This document shows, in pieces, positions 30,066 through 40,251 of a DNA stretch of 64,000 nt. This DNA is from a plasmid. The position numbers and the translations under genes were made by a program. The stretch's first letter is position 1; every line of letters starts with the position of its first letter. The stretch lies in the sequence record NZ_CP148139.1; one strand, given 5' to 3'. Under the pieces are notes generated by a model. That model ran no database searches. It was not told where the DNA came from and was given only the letters and a program-made list of their open reading frames with translations.

Positions 30066-30794
30066 CTAAACAGTTGTGATTAACCAGAAAGATCTCCGTT
30101 TGGGAGCTGCCAGTTTCTCACTACCGAGTCGGTTTCCTGACTCATCAATTATACGGGCATATTCAACAACTTCTTCACGCTCTTTTTTGAGTGTGATGAA
30201 ATCACCTTTCTGCACCGTTGAGTTAGCAATTGCATCTGCCAGACCTAAACCCCAAATGATATCTTCATCAATACGAACGTAATAGGACCGTCTGTTTTGA
30301 GGTTTGAACTGGTAGTGCGCTACTCCGAAATCACGTAAAATACCGTGGTATTCTTTGTGAGAGCCCTTTCGACAGTCGTTAGAAGATGAAAGCTGTACTT
30401 CATTTCTATGCAATCTATCGCTATTTAAGGCGCAAATTTCCGGATAATTATTGCTTGAGTCGTCTTTTTGCTCACAATCGTGTGCAATCATTAACTCGTG
30501 TGAAGTTGGAACTTCAGCGTTTGGATATAGGTTCACATCATCGGCATTGCGAAAATGTGCCTTTCGTCTATTAAGCTGATCTCTATTGCGTTTATTTAGA
30601 TACATAATCATGAAGATAGTTGTACTGATAGCAATCGAAACCAGATTTTTAGTGCTAAAACTTTCTACGTTTGGTAGTGATCCATCCCACAAAAACACAA
30701 GCGCAAACATTATTGAAGCGTATGCAACCGTGAATTTATAGTTCAGGCAGGCGTGAACAAGCACACCAATCACTAGTATTGATATGATTAACAT
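30066..30794 (-). CDS. membrane-anchored hypothetical protein (242 aa)
   Basis: Two N-terminal TM helices and a ~150-aa soluble C-terminal domain. GC content is higher than the neighbours. Confidence 0.45.
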   Translation of the reverse strand: MLIISILVIGVLVHACLNYKFTVAYASIMFALVFLWDGSLPNVESFSTKNLVSIAISTTIFMIMYLNKRNRDQLNRRKAHFRNADDVNLYPNAEVPTSHELMIAHDCEQKDDSSNNYPEICALNSDRLHRNEVQLSSSNDCRKGSHKEYHGILRDFGVAHYQFKPQNRRSYYVRIDEDIIWGLGLADAIANSTVQKGDFITLKKEREEVVEYARIIDESGNRLGSEKLAAPKRRSFWLITTV

Positions 30795-31077
30795 ATAATT
30801 TACCTTCGTAAACTTGGGTATTATTGGAGAGTTTAAAACCGTTAGTAGTAAAAACTACTTCGGGGGAGAGAGGGATTATTGAGATCTCTCTGAATTGAAC
30901 TATGAGTTAACATAGCTAGATGTAGTGTCAATCAGACACTTGTAACAGAACCATTCTGTTTCAAAAATAATAAGAATGCAAGTCCCTTTTTTGATTACAA
31001 CTTTTATTGCTATCATGAAAAGTTCTTTTTTATTGGTACGTATAATGAAGGTCTTTGAAACCGGTTTTGGAGAAAAC

Positions 31078-31734
31078 ATGAGTCAGGATAAAGAAGTTTT
31101 CGATTCAGTAACTACACGAAAAACAAGACGGAAAAAAGTAACTTCTGTACCGTCGTCTGAATACCAAATGCATTTAGATACCACTATTGCGATTGATGCC
31201 TATCATCAACGGTTCTTTGTAGCAAGCCAAGCCGCCTATTTGTTGGAACAGCGCCTTGAACGCTGTCTTATGCATCGAGACAAAATTATGCGTGATCGTG
31301 CATCTGCTATCGTAAAATCACTGAGTCAGGCAGTTGACAGCAATTTTTCAGACTTAGAAAATTTTAAACTGACATTGGCACAACTCATATCTGAAGTAGA
31401 GACTGAACGCGGTACTAAATATGAGTTATTGAGCTATTCCACACCGCGCTCTATGACGATTGAAAATCGTACTTATCTGGCAACCAGAATGTGTACTGGC
31501 TTAGAGACTCTTGATCTTGTAGTTAAGTATCTCGATGTTTGCCGACATTATTCTTTAGTACCATTGGCTGAGATCCTTGAAACTCAAAACACTGCTGACA
31601 AACGTATGCGTGGGGTGTTTAGTACAATCATACGTCATGGTGCAACAATGAAGCGGTTGGAAACTGAGCACTCCACACGGAAAGTTACCTCAGATGATAA
31701 GTCAGTATCAGATATAAAAATTGAAAATGAATAA
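31078..31734 (+). CDS. hypothetical protein (~218 aa), opposite strand to the surrounding operons
   Basis: ORF with 'ggag' SD before the Met at 31078. The annotated upstream extension from 30976 looks non-coding. GC content is relatively high. Confidence 0.45.
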   Translation: MSQDKEVFDSVTTRKTRRKKVTSVPSSEYQMHLDTTIAIDAYHQRFFVASQAAYLLEQRLERCLMHRDKIMRDRASAIVKSLSQAVDSNFSDLENFKLTLAQLISEVETERGTKYELLSYSTPRSMTIENRTYLATRMCTGLETLDLVVKYLDVCRHYSLVPLAEILETQNTADKRMRGVFSTIIRHGATMKRLETEHSTRKVTSDDKSVSDIKIENE

Positions 31735-31787
31735 TTGACTTTCAGTTAAATTATAAAAGATGATCAGATTAATGATCATCTTTTATT

Positions 31788-33125
31788 TTATATAACTAAT
31801 GGTTTAGGAATAATGTTATTAATAACATAATCGATATAATCTTCTTTATAAAATTCTATTGGAGAAAAATCTCTTTTTTCATCAAAAAATAAAGAGTAAT
31901 CCCTCGTATTTAATGTGTTTAACTCGTTTGATATATCATCAATACCCAGTGGTTTTAAAAACATATCATATGCTTTTTTAGAATCAAAAATTCTATTGAA
32001 GTTAATTACTTCTGGTGTTGGACCTTCTGTTAGATTTACAGAGCCACTTAATACTTCACAAACACCATTACTTATTCCGCAATAAACTTTCGCATGAAAT
32101 TTGTTATTTTTCTTTACGGATTCTACTAAGTTTGAACCTAATCCATAGCTTACTAATTCTTTATAGCTTATTTCATTGATTTCTGAATATGCATTTTTGA
32201 AGCTATTAACCTCTTTACCCTTAGTGGATATTAAGGTCTTTAATGGGTCTGTTCTATTTATTATTTCAAGCCACGTATCAACCCTTTGGTCTTTTTTAGC
32301 AAATTGATAACTTACAAAAGGAGAAATGAGATATATCTTATCGAATAAAAAATTCCATCTTGCAATTAATTTGTAAAGCCAGTTCATTACTGTAGTTTTT
32401 GAATGAACTGCAAAAACATGTTCTGTTAACGGTTTAGAACCATATATATCTAATAATGAAAATTCATGATTATCAAAATATGGGTTTTCATGATAACTAC
32501 TTACAAATTTAGCAATATGTTGGTCACCACAAGGGCAATTTATTGGGAAGTTAATAACAATGTTTTTTGGGGAGCAACCTCCCTTACCAAGTGACCAATT
32601 AATATAATTATAATATTTTTTTGATATCGTATGCCATTTTATTTCCAAATCACTATACGCGATAGGTTCTAAATTCCTCTCGCAAGTGTTACAAATATAT
32701 AATGGGTGATTATCAAAATTATAGTTATCATTTCTATTTTTAAATATGTTGTTAGTATCTATAATTTCTTCCATTGATTTAACAAATTCATATTCATCTA
32801 TTTTTTTAGTTTCGTTGTCAACATATATGTAATTGTCTTTTTTTGTTGCACCAGAATTGAAACATGATAGGTCGGGATTAAAAACCTCTAATTTAAAGTA
32901 GTAACGACAATTATAATTGTGACATTTACCGATCATTATGCCTTTTTCATTTAATTCTGGAACTATAAAATTATTCATAACTTTGGTTTGTGATGTGAAA
33001 ACCTCTGCAATTTCGATAATGGATTTGCAAAAAGGGCATTTGCCATGATAGTGCTTTGTTTTATTGCTATCACAAAGTAGGTGTTTTATTGAGCGTAAGT
33101 ACTGGTAAGATAGTTCAAATGACAT
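31788..33125 (-). CDS. zinc-ribbon-rich protein with C-terminal PLD (HKD-variant) nuclease-like domain
   Basis: N-terminal half has multiple CxxC-type pairs ('CPFC', 'CHNYNC', 'CNTCE', 'CPCGDQH'). The C-terminal region has a PLD-like start 'IYLISPFVSY' and an 'HAKVY...GSVNLTEG' motif (HxK...GSxN, with the Asp position replaced by Ile). Confidence 0.45.
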   Translation of the reverse strand: MSFELSYQYLRSIKHLLCDSNKTKHYHGKCPFCKSIIEIAEVFTSQTKVMNNFIVPELNEKGIMIGKCHNYNCRYYFKLEVFNPDLSCFNSGATKKDNYIYVDNETKKIDEYEFVKSMEEIIDTNNIFKNRNDNYNFDNHPLYICNTCERNLEPIAYSDLEIKWHTISKKYYNYINWSLGKGGCSPKNIVINFPINCPCGDQHIAKFVSSYHENPYFDNHEFSLLDIYGSKPLTEHVFAVHSKTTVMNWLYKLIARWNFLFDKIYLISPFVSYQFAKKDQRVDTWLEIINRTDPLKTLISTKGKEVNSFKNAYSEINEISYKELVSYGLGSNLVESVKKNNKFHAKVYCGISNGVCEVLSGSVNLTEGPTPEVINFNRIFDSKKAYDMFLKPLGIDDISNELNTLNTRDYSLFFDEKRDFSPIEFYKEDYIDYVINNIIPKPLVI

Positions 33126-33246
33126 GATAACTCCGAACGAAACATCAATGGTATTGATTGTATTTTATCATCGTTTATCACACATCATACTATTAGTGTC
33201 GAGTTTGTACGCTCAAACCCCCATGTGCATGGGGGAATAACCTTAA

Positions 33247-34302
33247 TTACAATATGATACGGCAACAGTCCATCCATTGAAAAATCATATACGTACTTTC
33301 TTGCCCTGAGCCCGTAGGGTATCTGAATGAGCCCCCTTGCCATTTGTACGGAGTTTCACCTAGAACGTGAGAGCTCTTGGTTTCTGGTGTTGGATAGACC
33401 ATATTGAATTTATACTGCTGTTTGGGGATTGTTGGATAAACACGAGGTTTACATGCCACTTCTCGCCCTACGGTTAGACGTGCAAGCCCTCTGCGATGTT
33501 CCAGTGACAATGATTTTGCGGCTGTTAGGCTGGTTGTCCGTGGCGTGTCTCTCGATGATGTAGAACCGGTTAATGGATATTGCCCCCCCCATGATCCAGC
33601 GCACCACCACAGCTTATTCATAGGCTTTCCTCCACCAGTAATAGCAACGGATTCCATCGTACATGCTTGATGGGCAATTATATTTGCGACCGCAACAGAT
33701 TCAGGATGTTGGAAAAAGGCTAGTGTGGCGCTATGCCATGTTGGATCAATCTCTGAAAAGCTGATTATATCAAAGTCACTGTATGCATCTGGTTGGCATC
33801 CTTTCGGCAACCACAGATCCAATATACGTAGCAGTGGTGCAGAGTAATAGTGATAGTGATAGAAACTAATACCAGAGTTCGTATCTATCTCATGACCGGT
33901 ATCTGACACCTGAGTGCCGTAACTATATTTATTTCCTACATTGATTTTCAAACCGCCCATCGTAGAGAAGCAACCAGGAACTCGCGTAACTTCCATGATT
34001 TTACGAGGTTCCCACACACCGGTTAACAACCCAGCGTGATAAACCCCTAATCCGTCAGGACAGGCGCAGAATACGCCCTTAGCGGCATCATCTGGCATAT
34101 CACCGCTAGGTCCAATGTTAGCTCCGGATATTTTTATCGGGAAAATGCAACTCCAGCAAACATCAGTAAACATTTTACCCTTTGTTAAGAATTCATTATC
34201 TTTGCATGTAAATGAACCAGTGTTATTATTTTGTACACTTTCTGCATAGCTCAATGAAGTTAACAGGAGTGCAGACGATAATAGCAATTTTACTTTATTC
34301 AT
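33247..34302 (-). CDS. traU: TraU
   Basis: Signal peptide, about 350 aa, Cys-containing periplasmic protein. Synteny with traW upstream and traC further upstream. Confidence 0.65.
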   Translation of the reverse strand: MNKVKLLLSSALLLTSLSYAESVQNNNTGSFTCKDNEFLTKGKMFTDVCWSCIFPIKISGANIGPSGDMPDDAAKGVFCACPDGLGVYHAGLLTGVWEPRKIMEVTRVPGCFSTMGGLKINVGNKYSYGTQVSDTGHEIDTNSGISFYHYHYYSAPLLRILDLWLPKGCQPDAYSDFDIISFSEIDPTWHSATLAFFQHPESVAVANIIAHQACTMESVAITGGGKPMNKLWWCAGSWGGQYPLTGSTSSRDTPRTTSLTAAKSLSLEHRRGLARLTVGREVACKPRVYPTIPKQQYKFNMVYPTPETKSSHVLGETPYKWQGGSFRYPTGSGQESTYMIFQWMDCCRIIL

Positions 34303-35570
34303 CAGTAATTCCTTTCTGCATATTCATTAACAATAAATTGCTTACCATGACCGGTTACAATGCTTGGAACATTACGAATCCCAAAACGTTCTTTCATACC
34401 TTCCTGTATAAAATATAAAGTGGCATTATCACCATACAAATTGCTATCTGAAAATGTTTCCCAACCATCCCCATATACGTCAGTTGCAATCAATGTAGGA
34501 ATTAAATTTTCATCTTTGGCATTTTGATATTGCTGTTGTGCAAATATACGTTGCCATTCTGAAGCAGGATTGAAGAAAATTAACTTCAAGTTAAATGGGA
34601 TAACGTCCATAGGGTTTACTCGCCCTTTTTTGGCAATTATGCGTCCATCTGGAGATAATATATCCTGTGGTATCACAACGCTTGGGTCTACATAGTGGGT
34701 GCTATCTTTTAGAGCTTCAGGGAATTTGTATATATCTTTATTCTTCCAGTATCGGTTATAGGCATCCTTTTTCATTTTCTCGAAATCTAGATTTTTAATA
34801 CCTTCTTCAATTAAATCCAGCATATTACGTTCAATTACCTCAATAACTGGTCCTTGCACACCCATATTCCCTGTTTTGTTATCGAGATAATTAACATTGG
34901 AAATTCCATGTACCAGAGATACAAATTCTCCATCATTTTCATGAATGATAGTCGGAATTGTTCGCACACCATATTTAATAAAAATGTTCGGATCTATTGT
35001 GAAATTCACTTCTGACTTTGTATCGCGAATTAATTTATGCCAGTGATTTATTTCATCGACCAGTGAATCTTTATTTCTAACTCCCTGAACAACTAGGATT
35101 ACATCATTACGACCTGATACTGACCGCATAATATCAATTACTTCAGTATCTTTAAGACTTGCCGAAATCAATATGTAAAATACATTACCTTTTTGCTGTT
35201 GGTTGAAATTTCCACTTTCATTCTGACTTTTGATCATCTCCTTCAGTATCTGAGCTTCATCAGTCGTTAGCTTGTTAATAGCCTGATTTGCCATGACGTT
35301 TTTATCTGCGATAAGCTGGCGCGTTGTTTCTCTGTGAGCTTCAGCTTGTGCCACTGCCACTGCTTTCAGTTTTTCCAAATCTGCCATGTCTGCATCAGTA
35401 GCTCGTTCGACAGTAGGAATGGATTCTGTATATGGAGTAACCATATTTAATTTACTATTTGCACTGGATGTAATGGACAGTGTTAATAGAGAAATCAATA
35501 ATGTAACTTTCTTTTTTACCATATCGGATATGCTCTCCCGATCACATTTTCTATGGGGAGTACGCCCCAA
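34302..35570 (-). CDS. traW: TraW (TrbC-TraW fusion type, as in SXT/R27-like systems)
   Basis: Signal peptide, 422 aa, and position between trhF and traU. Confidence 0.5.
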   Translation of the reverse strand: MGRTPHRKCDRESISDMVKKKVTLLISLLTLSITSSANSKLNMVTPYTESIPTVERATDADMADLEKLKAVAVAQAEAHRETTRQLIADKNVMANQAINKLTTDEAQILKEMIKSQNESGNFNQQQKGNVFYILISASLKDTEVIDIMRSVSGRNDVILVVQGVRNKDSLVDEINHWHKLIRDTKSEVNFTIDPNIFIKYGVRTIPTIIHENDGEFVSLVHGISNVNYLDNKTGNMGVQGPVIEVIERNMLDLIEEGIKNLDFEKMKKDAYNRYWKNKDIYKFPEALKDSTHYVDPSVVIPQDILSPDGRIIAKKGRVNPMDVIPFNLKLIFFNPASEWQRIFAQQQYQNAKDENLIPTLIATDVYGDGWETFSDSNLYGDNATLYFIQEGMKERFGIRNVPSIVTGHGKQFIVNEYAERNY

Positions 35571-36031
35571 TACCGTGAGTCAAAACTGACCTTGGTTCGA
35601 CCCATTAGCCAGATGTGACCAGCAGGAATTATCCCTTCACGTTGTAATTCCTGCTCTGTATGACCAGATTCTCTTGCTAATAGAAGTCCTTCACCCACCA
35701 TCAGATCATTGACCGTGGTTTCTTCAGGATTGACCCTAACCTTGTCACCAGCTACACCGTCTATAAATTTGATCGCAATGCTACTGATGTATTCAGACCG
35801 AAAAGCAAATATTTTCCCTTTCTGAATATCTTTATCCATTTTATCAATTAGATAAATTCTGTGTTCAGGGAGGCAGGGGTAGTTTTGTGGATCAATCCCA
35901 ATTGAAAAGCGATTAAGTACGTAATGGCTGGCAGGTGCGACAGTGACGACAATAACCAACATATAAAGAGATTGCCGCCCCCAACCTCGTTTTTTCCTTG
36001 AAATTCTTTTATAAAAATTCTTCAGGTGCAT
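35516..36031 (-). CDS. trhF: TraF/TrhF-like conjugative signal-peptidase (S26 family)
   Basis: C-terminal 'SFDSRYWGVLPIENVIGRA' matches the S26 box-E-like motif. About 171 aa. Lies immediately after traC. Confidence 0.55.
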   Translation of the reverse strand: MHLKNFYKRISRKKRGWGRQSLYMLVIVVTVAPASHYVLNRFSIGIDPQNYPCLPEHRIYLIDKMDKDIQKGKIFAFRSEYISSIAIKFIDGVAGDKVRVNPEETTVNDLMVGEGLLLARESGHTEQELQREGIIPAGHIWLMGRTKVSFDSRYWGVLPIENVIGRAYPIW

Positions 36032-36032
36032 A

Positions 36033-36311
36033 TCAGTTATCTTTTAGCTTTCCACTGATGTATACGCCGTCAGGAGCCGTATGAAGCGCTGATTGATTGA
36101 AAATGATGAATCCCTTATCTTTCAAAATATCAGCTCTATGCTGTATTACAGCGCGTTCTTGGGGCGACTTGATACTCCCGTCCGGATTGCTCATATTTAT
36201 CACAGCAATTTGTGCCACTAGCGGTTTTGGTGGCTTTAAGTGCGAGTAAATACCCGCACCAATAAACCCGAACAAGATCGGTAATAAAACGGTTTTAATC
36301 ATCGTTTCCAT
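36033..36311 (-). CDS. small membrane or periplasmic protein (92 aa)
   Basis: N-terminal TM segment. Overlaps the traC stop. Confidence 0.35.
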   Translation of the reverse strand: METMIKTVLLPILFGFIGAGIYSHLKPPKPLVAQIAVINMSNPDGSIKSPQERAVIQHRADILKDKGFIIFNQSALHTAPDGVYISGKLKDN

Positions 36312-38781
36312 ACCCTTGTTCTATTAAATATTGATCGATTGCATCAATGACGTCTTGTCCCTGTTTCAGACGATCCTCAATCGCCTGTACTTCAGAAGCT
36401 CTTGTTGTGTAAAGCATGTAAGAAAACTTATCAACGAGGAACCGGCAAATTCCGCCACCCATAGCACTCATAAAGTAGACTTCAGAATAGATCCCCGTTT
36501 GGCTTTTAACTGTTTTCAAAAATTCGTAACCGGCTTCGTCGAGCGGCAAACGTTCTTCCCTTCGTGCTTTATTCACCGCAGATTCGGTTTGTCCAAGCAT
36601 GGCAAGAAATGCGGAATTATCAGTGATAGCAAGACCGACACGGTCCTTATACATATCATTGATAGATTGGGTAATCGTAATAGCACTGCCGTAATACTTA
36701 CGGAACCGGCGGTAGCCTTTCTCAATAAATGCACCGATGTTCCCTGTCAGTAACGCCCATGCTTCATCTATGATCACAATTTTCATTTGATCACGATCAC
36801 CAAGATACATATCTTGTTGAATCTGATAAATTAATTGCATCAAAATGATTTGTTTCAGGTGTTCGGATTTTTCAATACGACCCAACTCAAGTACAGTAAA
36901 CGGATTATCAAAAGAGATGTTGTTTTTACCAGTAAAATATTTGCCGTATTGACCTTCTTTTGTGAAAGGATATAACTGCTCACCAATATCTTTAATGCGC
37001 TGATCAGGATCGCTTTTGCAGGAGTCTGCTACCATGTCGATAGTTGTTTCTTTACCGTGTATCCTGACTAATTTGGCAACATGATTTTTCAAACGCGATG
37101 TTTCAAAATCCCCCAACCCGTCTTGTGGTGCAGCCATGACTGACAGCAAACCAATAACTAAATCTTCTTCACCGGTTCCTTCTTCAGCATCTTCATCCTC
37201 TCCAAAATAATCCTCTATAATTTCAAAGAAATTAAGACATGGTTTAGTCGATGGATGGAAATCTACATACGAACCATCAAACATCTGACACAATTTTTTA
37301 TATGAGTCGCCAGCGTCAATTACCCATACCTTCGCGCCTAGTGAGCGGTATGCAGAGATAATATAGTTAGTTAAGAATGATTTACCTGAGCCGGATGATG
37401 CAGCAATACAAACGTTGTAGTTTGTATCGCTTTGGAAAAAGTCCATTGTCTGGACCTGACCATTTCGTGATGTAAGAGTTAGAACCGGATTACCAGTACC
37501 TTGCCAATCAGAGTAAAGTGGAGAAAGAACGAGAGCTTCCTCTACCGCAAGAGTTTTAGAACGACCTAAAACTTTGTCAGCATTTGCTTCATAAAATAAT
37601 GGCAGCGTTCCTAAAAATATCGGTGCAACAAAATTGACATCGGGAATCATTTTGAAAGATAGATTGTTGAGGTAACTGGTTGCCTCTTGTACTGATTGAT
37701 TAAGTTGTTGCACAGAGTTGGCAAAAATTGAAACAGTAAAAGCAGCTTTATAAATTGGCTGTCCATCATCAATTTTCTGTGCCAACACATCAAATCCCGC
37801 ACTCGTAGTTTTCATTGATGGAACCCATCTGGAAGATGGTCCATCAGCGTTGCGCGTAGCAACTGTACGTTTTGATGTAAATGTACTTTTAGCATTCTGC
37901 TGGTCCGGATAAACCAGTGTCATTGTGATAATGCAAGGGTTTTTAATACCAGTTGCACCGTTCATCAAATCGCCTAAAAAATACTGAGCAGAACCTTCTT
38001 GAAATCTACGAGGTAACTTTTTAGCTGAAATTGTTCTTGCAAAAGTAGTGTTTGTCTCTGCCTTACTACTCTCATCTTCCGGATTGCCAAAACCGACATA
38101 ATTAGAGCGAACGAAAAACAAACTATCCAGTTCTAGTAGCTGTTCCGAAATCATTTTGTCTTCATCAACTTCAATCGGCATTCTGTCGCGCCATGTCGCA
38201 TTACTGCCTTGATTTATCATTGAAGTGATAGCGGTAAGATATATTTCTCTTGTTAGTTGCTGAGGTGCGAAACCCGTCATTCTAAGTGTGGTTTCAAAGT
38301 TACCCTGCATCTCTCTAACAGTGTTTAATTCATTCAGAGAAGGAGAAAGATCATTTTTAATAGGCACTTTAACTGTAAAGTATAATTCACAGTTACGAGC
38401 CTTTGTATTTGTGCCGTTAAACGCTTTCGATGTGTGAGCCAACAGAAAACGTGAGCGTTTTAAGCTCGTCGTTTTCATAACCTGATTCTGACAATTCATG
38501 CGTAAGAAATCAGATCTATTTGCAATGTGGCTGATATTTGGAGAGGCAAATAAAGATATCTGAATAACGGTACTATTTGGGAAATACCCAGATAAAAGTG
38601 TTTTTAATTGAGAGAGCTCTTTTCCGGTTGTACCAGACAAGGGAATACATTTAAATCCAAAACCAATATAGTTATTTTCACAAATAAAAATGTTTTCATC
38701 GTCATGAATAGCTAAAACTGGACATAAAGATGAAAAACGCTTAAAGGTTTGCATTTTTTTTAAGATAGAAGCTGTTGCCAT
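36295..38781 (-). CDS. traC: TraC (VirB4-family ATPase)
   Basis: 828 aa with Walker A 'SSGSGKSFLTN' and Walker B-like 'IVIIDEAW'. Confidence 0.85.
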   Translation of the reverse strand: MATASILKKMQTFKRFSSLCPVLAIHDDENIFICENNYIGFGFKCIPLSGTTGKELSQLKTLLSGYFPNSTVIQISLFASPNISHIANRSDFLRMNCQNQVMKTTSLKRSRFLLAHTSKAFNGTNTKARNCELYFTVKVPIKNDLSPSLNELNTVREMQGNFETTLRMTGFAPQQLTREIYLTAITSMINQGSNATWRDRMPIEVDEDKMISEQLLELDSLFFVRSNYVGFGNPEDESSKAETNTTFARTISAKKLPRRFQEGSAQYFLGDLMNGATGIKNPCIITMTLVYPDQQNAKSTFTSKRTVATRNADGPSSRWVPSMKTTSAGFDVLAQKIDDGQPIYKAAFTVSIFANSVQQLNQSVQEATSYLNNLSFKMIPDVNFVAPIFLGTLPLFYEANADKVLGRSKTLAVEEALVLSPLYSDWQGTGNPVLTLTSRNGQVQTMDFFQSDTNYNVCIAASSGSGKSFLTNYIISAYRSLGAKVWVIDAGDSYKKLCQMFDGSYVDFHPSTKPCLNFFEIIEDYFGEDEDAEEGTGEEDLVIGLLSVMAAPQDGLGDFETSRLKNHVAKLVRIHGKETTIDMVADSCKSDPDQRIKDIGEQLYPFTKEGQYGKYFTGKNNISFDNPFTVLELGRIEKSEHLKQIILMQLIYQIQQDMYLGDRDQMKIVIIDEAWALLTGNIGAFIEKGYRRFRKYYGSAITITQSINDMYKDRVGLAITDNSAFLAMLGQTESAVNKARREERLPLDEAGYEFLKTVKSQTGIYSEVYFMSAMGGGICRFLVDKFSYMLYTTRASEVQAIEDRLKQGQDVIDAIDQYLIEQGYGNDD

Positions 38782-39596
38782 TATTTACCACTCTCCAAAA
38801 ATGACTTTAACCCTTCAACTGGTTTACCAACGTTGTAAGTACCATCGTCACGAATAATGAATGGAATCATGCTCACACCAAAAACTTGTGCGGTAATTTC
38901 CCTTTTCATCAAAGCCTCACGGTCACAGTTTTCAATTTGCTCGAAACGAACACTGTTATTCCCAGTAATGATTGCCCTGTCAGCTCTGTATCTGTCTTTT
39001 GCACAATACAATTCAAAATTGCGTTGCTGGCTATTACTGTTTAAAACGCCTACGGAAAGTACATGAACAGTGTATTTCTCAGGGTCAAGATAATTTAGTT
39101 GTTGTAAAGTTTCATGGCACTGAACGCAGAACGGGTCAGTGAAAATAATGGTCTGCTTTGGACCTTTTCCCCACGTTGCAGACTGCAAATCATCCATTTT
39201 AATATTGAGGTTCTTTACAGGAATAATTGAGCCGTACTTTTGAATTTCTTCAAACGAGGTTAAATCTTTTTTCGCCCATGTATCATATAAAGTTCCCTTG
39301 ATAACAAAGCGCCCATTCGAGGTAAGAAGCTGTAAACTACCATTGTTATTTAGCGCAATTATCCCATTGCTTGGTAATAGAAATTTGGGAATATCAGGCG
39401 TTTTTGTGGGATGTGCTTTTAATGCTTCTTGATTGAAAACAGTCTGAGTATTTGTTTTTTCGATATCAGCATAGTTCGCATGAGCGTGTGCGGTTGTGAA
39501 TGCTAAAGCTAATGAGATTAAACTAAGGTGTATCTTATTTTTCATTTTGAATCCTGCACCATCTGCGTATTTATCTGTGGATTGTGATTTTTTCAC
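38781..39596 (-). CDS. dsbC: DsbC-like periplasmic thiol:disulfide interchange protein
   Basis: Signal peptide and the thioredoxin active site 'FCVQC'. Lies immediately upstream of traC, as in the SXT/IncC gene order. Confidence 0.6.
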   Translation of the reverse strand: MKKSQSTDKYADGAGFKMKNKIHLSLISLALAFTTAHAHANYADIEKTNTQTVFNQEALKAHPTKTPDIPKFLLPSNGIIALNNNGSLQLLTSNGRFVIKGTLYDTWAKKDLTSFEEIQKYGSIIPVKNLNIKMDDLQSATWGKGPKQTIIFTDPFCVQCHETLQQLNYLDPEKYTVHVLSVGVLNSNSQQRNFELYCAKDRYRADRAIITGNNSVRFEQIENCDREALMKREITAQVFGVSMIPFIIRDDGTYNVGKPVEGLKSFLESGK

Positions 39597-39620
39597 ATCT
39601 GAAAAATTTCTTTTCTTGTC

Positions 39621-39644
39621 TGGTAATAAAAAAAGGACTTAAAA
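39621..39644. terminator. perfect 10-bp-stem hairpin with A/T flanks (attenuator or terminator)
   Basis: aaaaggactt-aaa-aagtcctttt between traV and dsbC, at the position where a traA pilin gene would normally sit. Confidence 0.45.
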
Positions 39645-39675
39645 AGTCCTTTTTAAAATTGTTGCTGACCACTAG

Positions 39676-40251
39676 CTATTTTCGGTTATCTGGTGTTTGT
39701 AGTGGTTTGAGAACCGCATTGTGCTTGCGATCTGGACGAGAAACACCGACTTCCCATTTACGAGGCGATATCTCCGTGTAGACATACCCTGTGATGATAA
39801 GATCTCCATCTGTGTTTTCGTATGGGTCGATTAAAACACGCATTACCATCGACTCGCTTCTAATGGGTTGTGGGTTTGCCGCAGGTTTTGGCACAGGCAC
39901 ATATTGTCCAGACTCCGTACCAACCCATTTACTATTTTCTGATTTGAGTATGTTATCCATATCGCTTTTGCTTACTACTTCTCCGTTGAGCTGCATTTGA
40001 GAAACAGTATCAATTTTTTCTTGATAGTTTTCACCATCAGTCAATTTGTGTACGTCACGAACACTCATACACGTTACTGAATTAGGCATACCTTTACAGC
40101 CAAACTCTGTTTCACCGACCATAAGAGATGAACAGGCGGTTAATGAAAGGGTAGTTAAAACCATCAGTGGCAATAGTAAAAATTTCATAGAGTAAGTCCG
40201 TATTTTAATTAGTTTGTCTGAATTGAAGTTGAACGCCTTTTGTGACAACAA
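39676..40251 (-). CDS. traV: TraV lipoprotein
   Basis: Lipobox 'LTACSS', 191 aa, and synteny. Confidence 0.6.
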   Translation of the reverse strand: MLSQKAFNFNSDKLIKIRTYSMKFLLLPLMVLTTLSLTACSSLMVGETEFGCKGMPNSVTCMSVRDVHKLTDGENYQEKIDTVSQMQLNGEVVSKSDMDNILKSENSKWVGTESGQYVPVPKPAANPQPIRSESMVMRVLIDPYENTDGDLIITGYVYTEISPRKWEVGVSRPDRKHNAVLKPLQTPDNRK

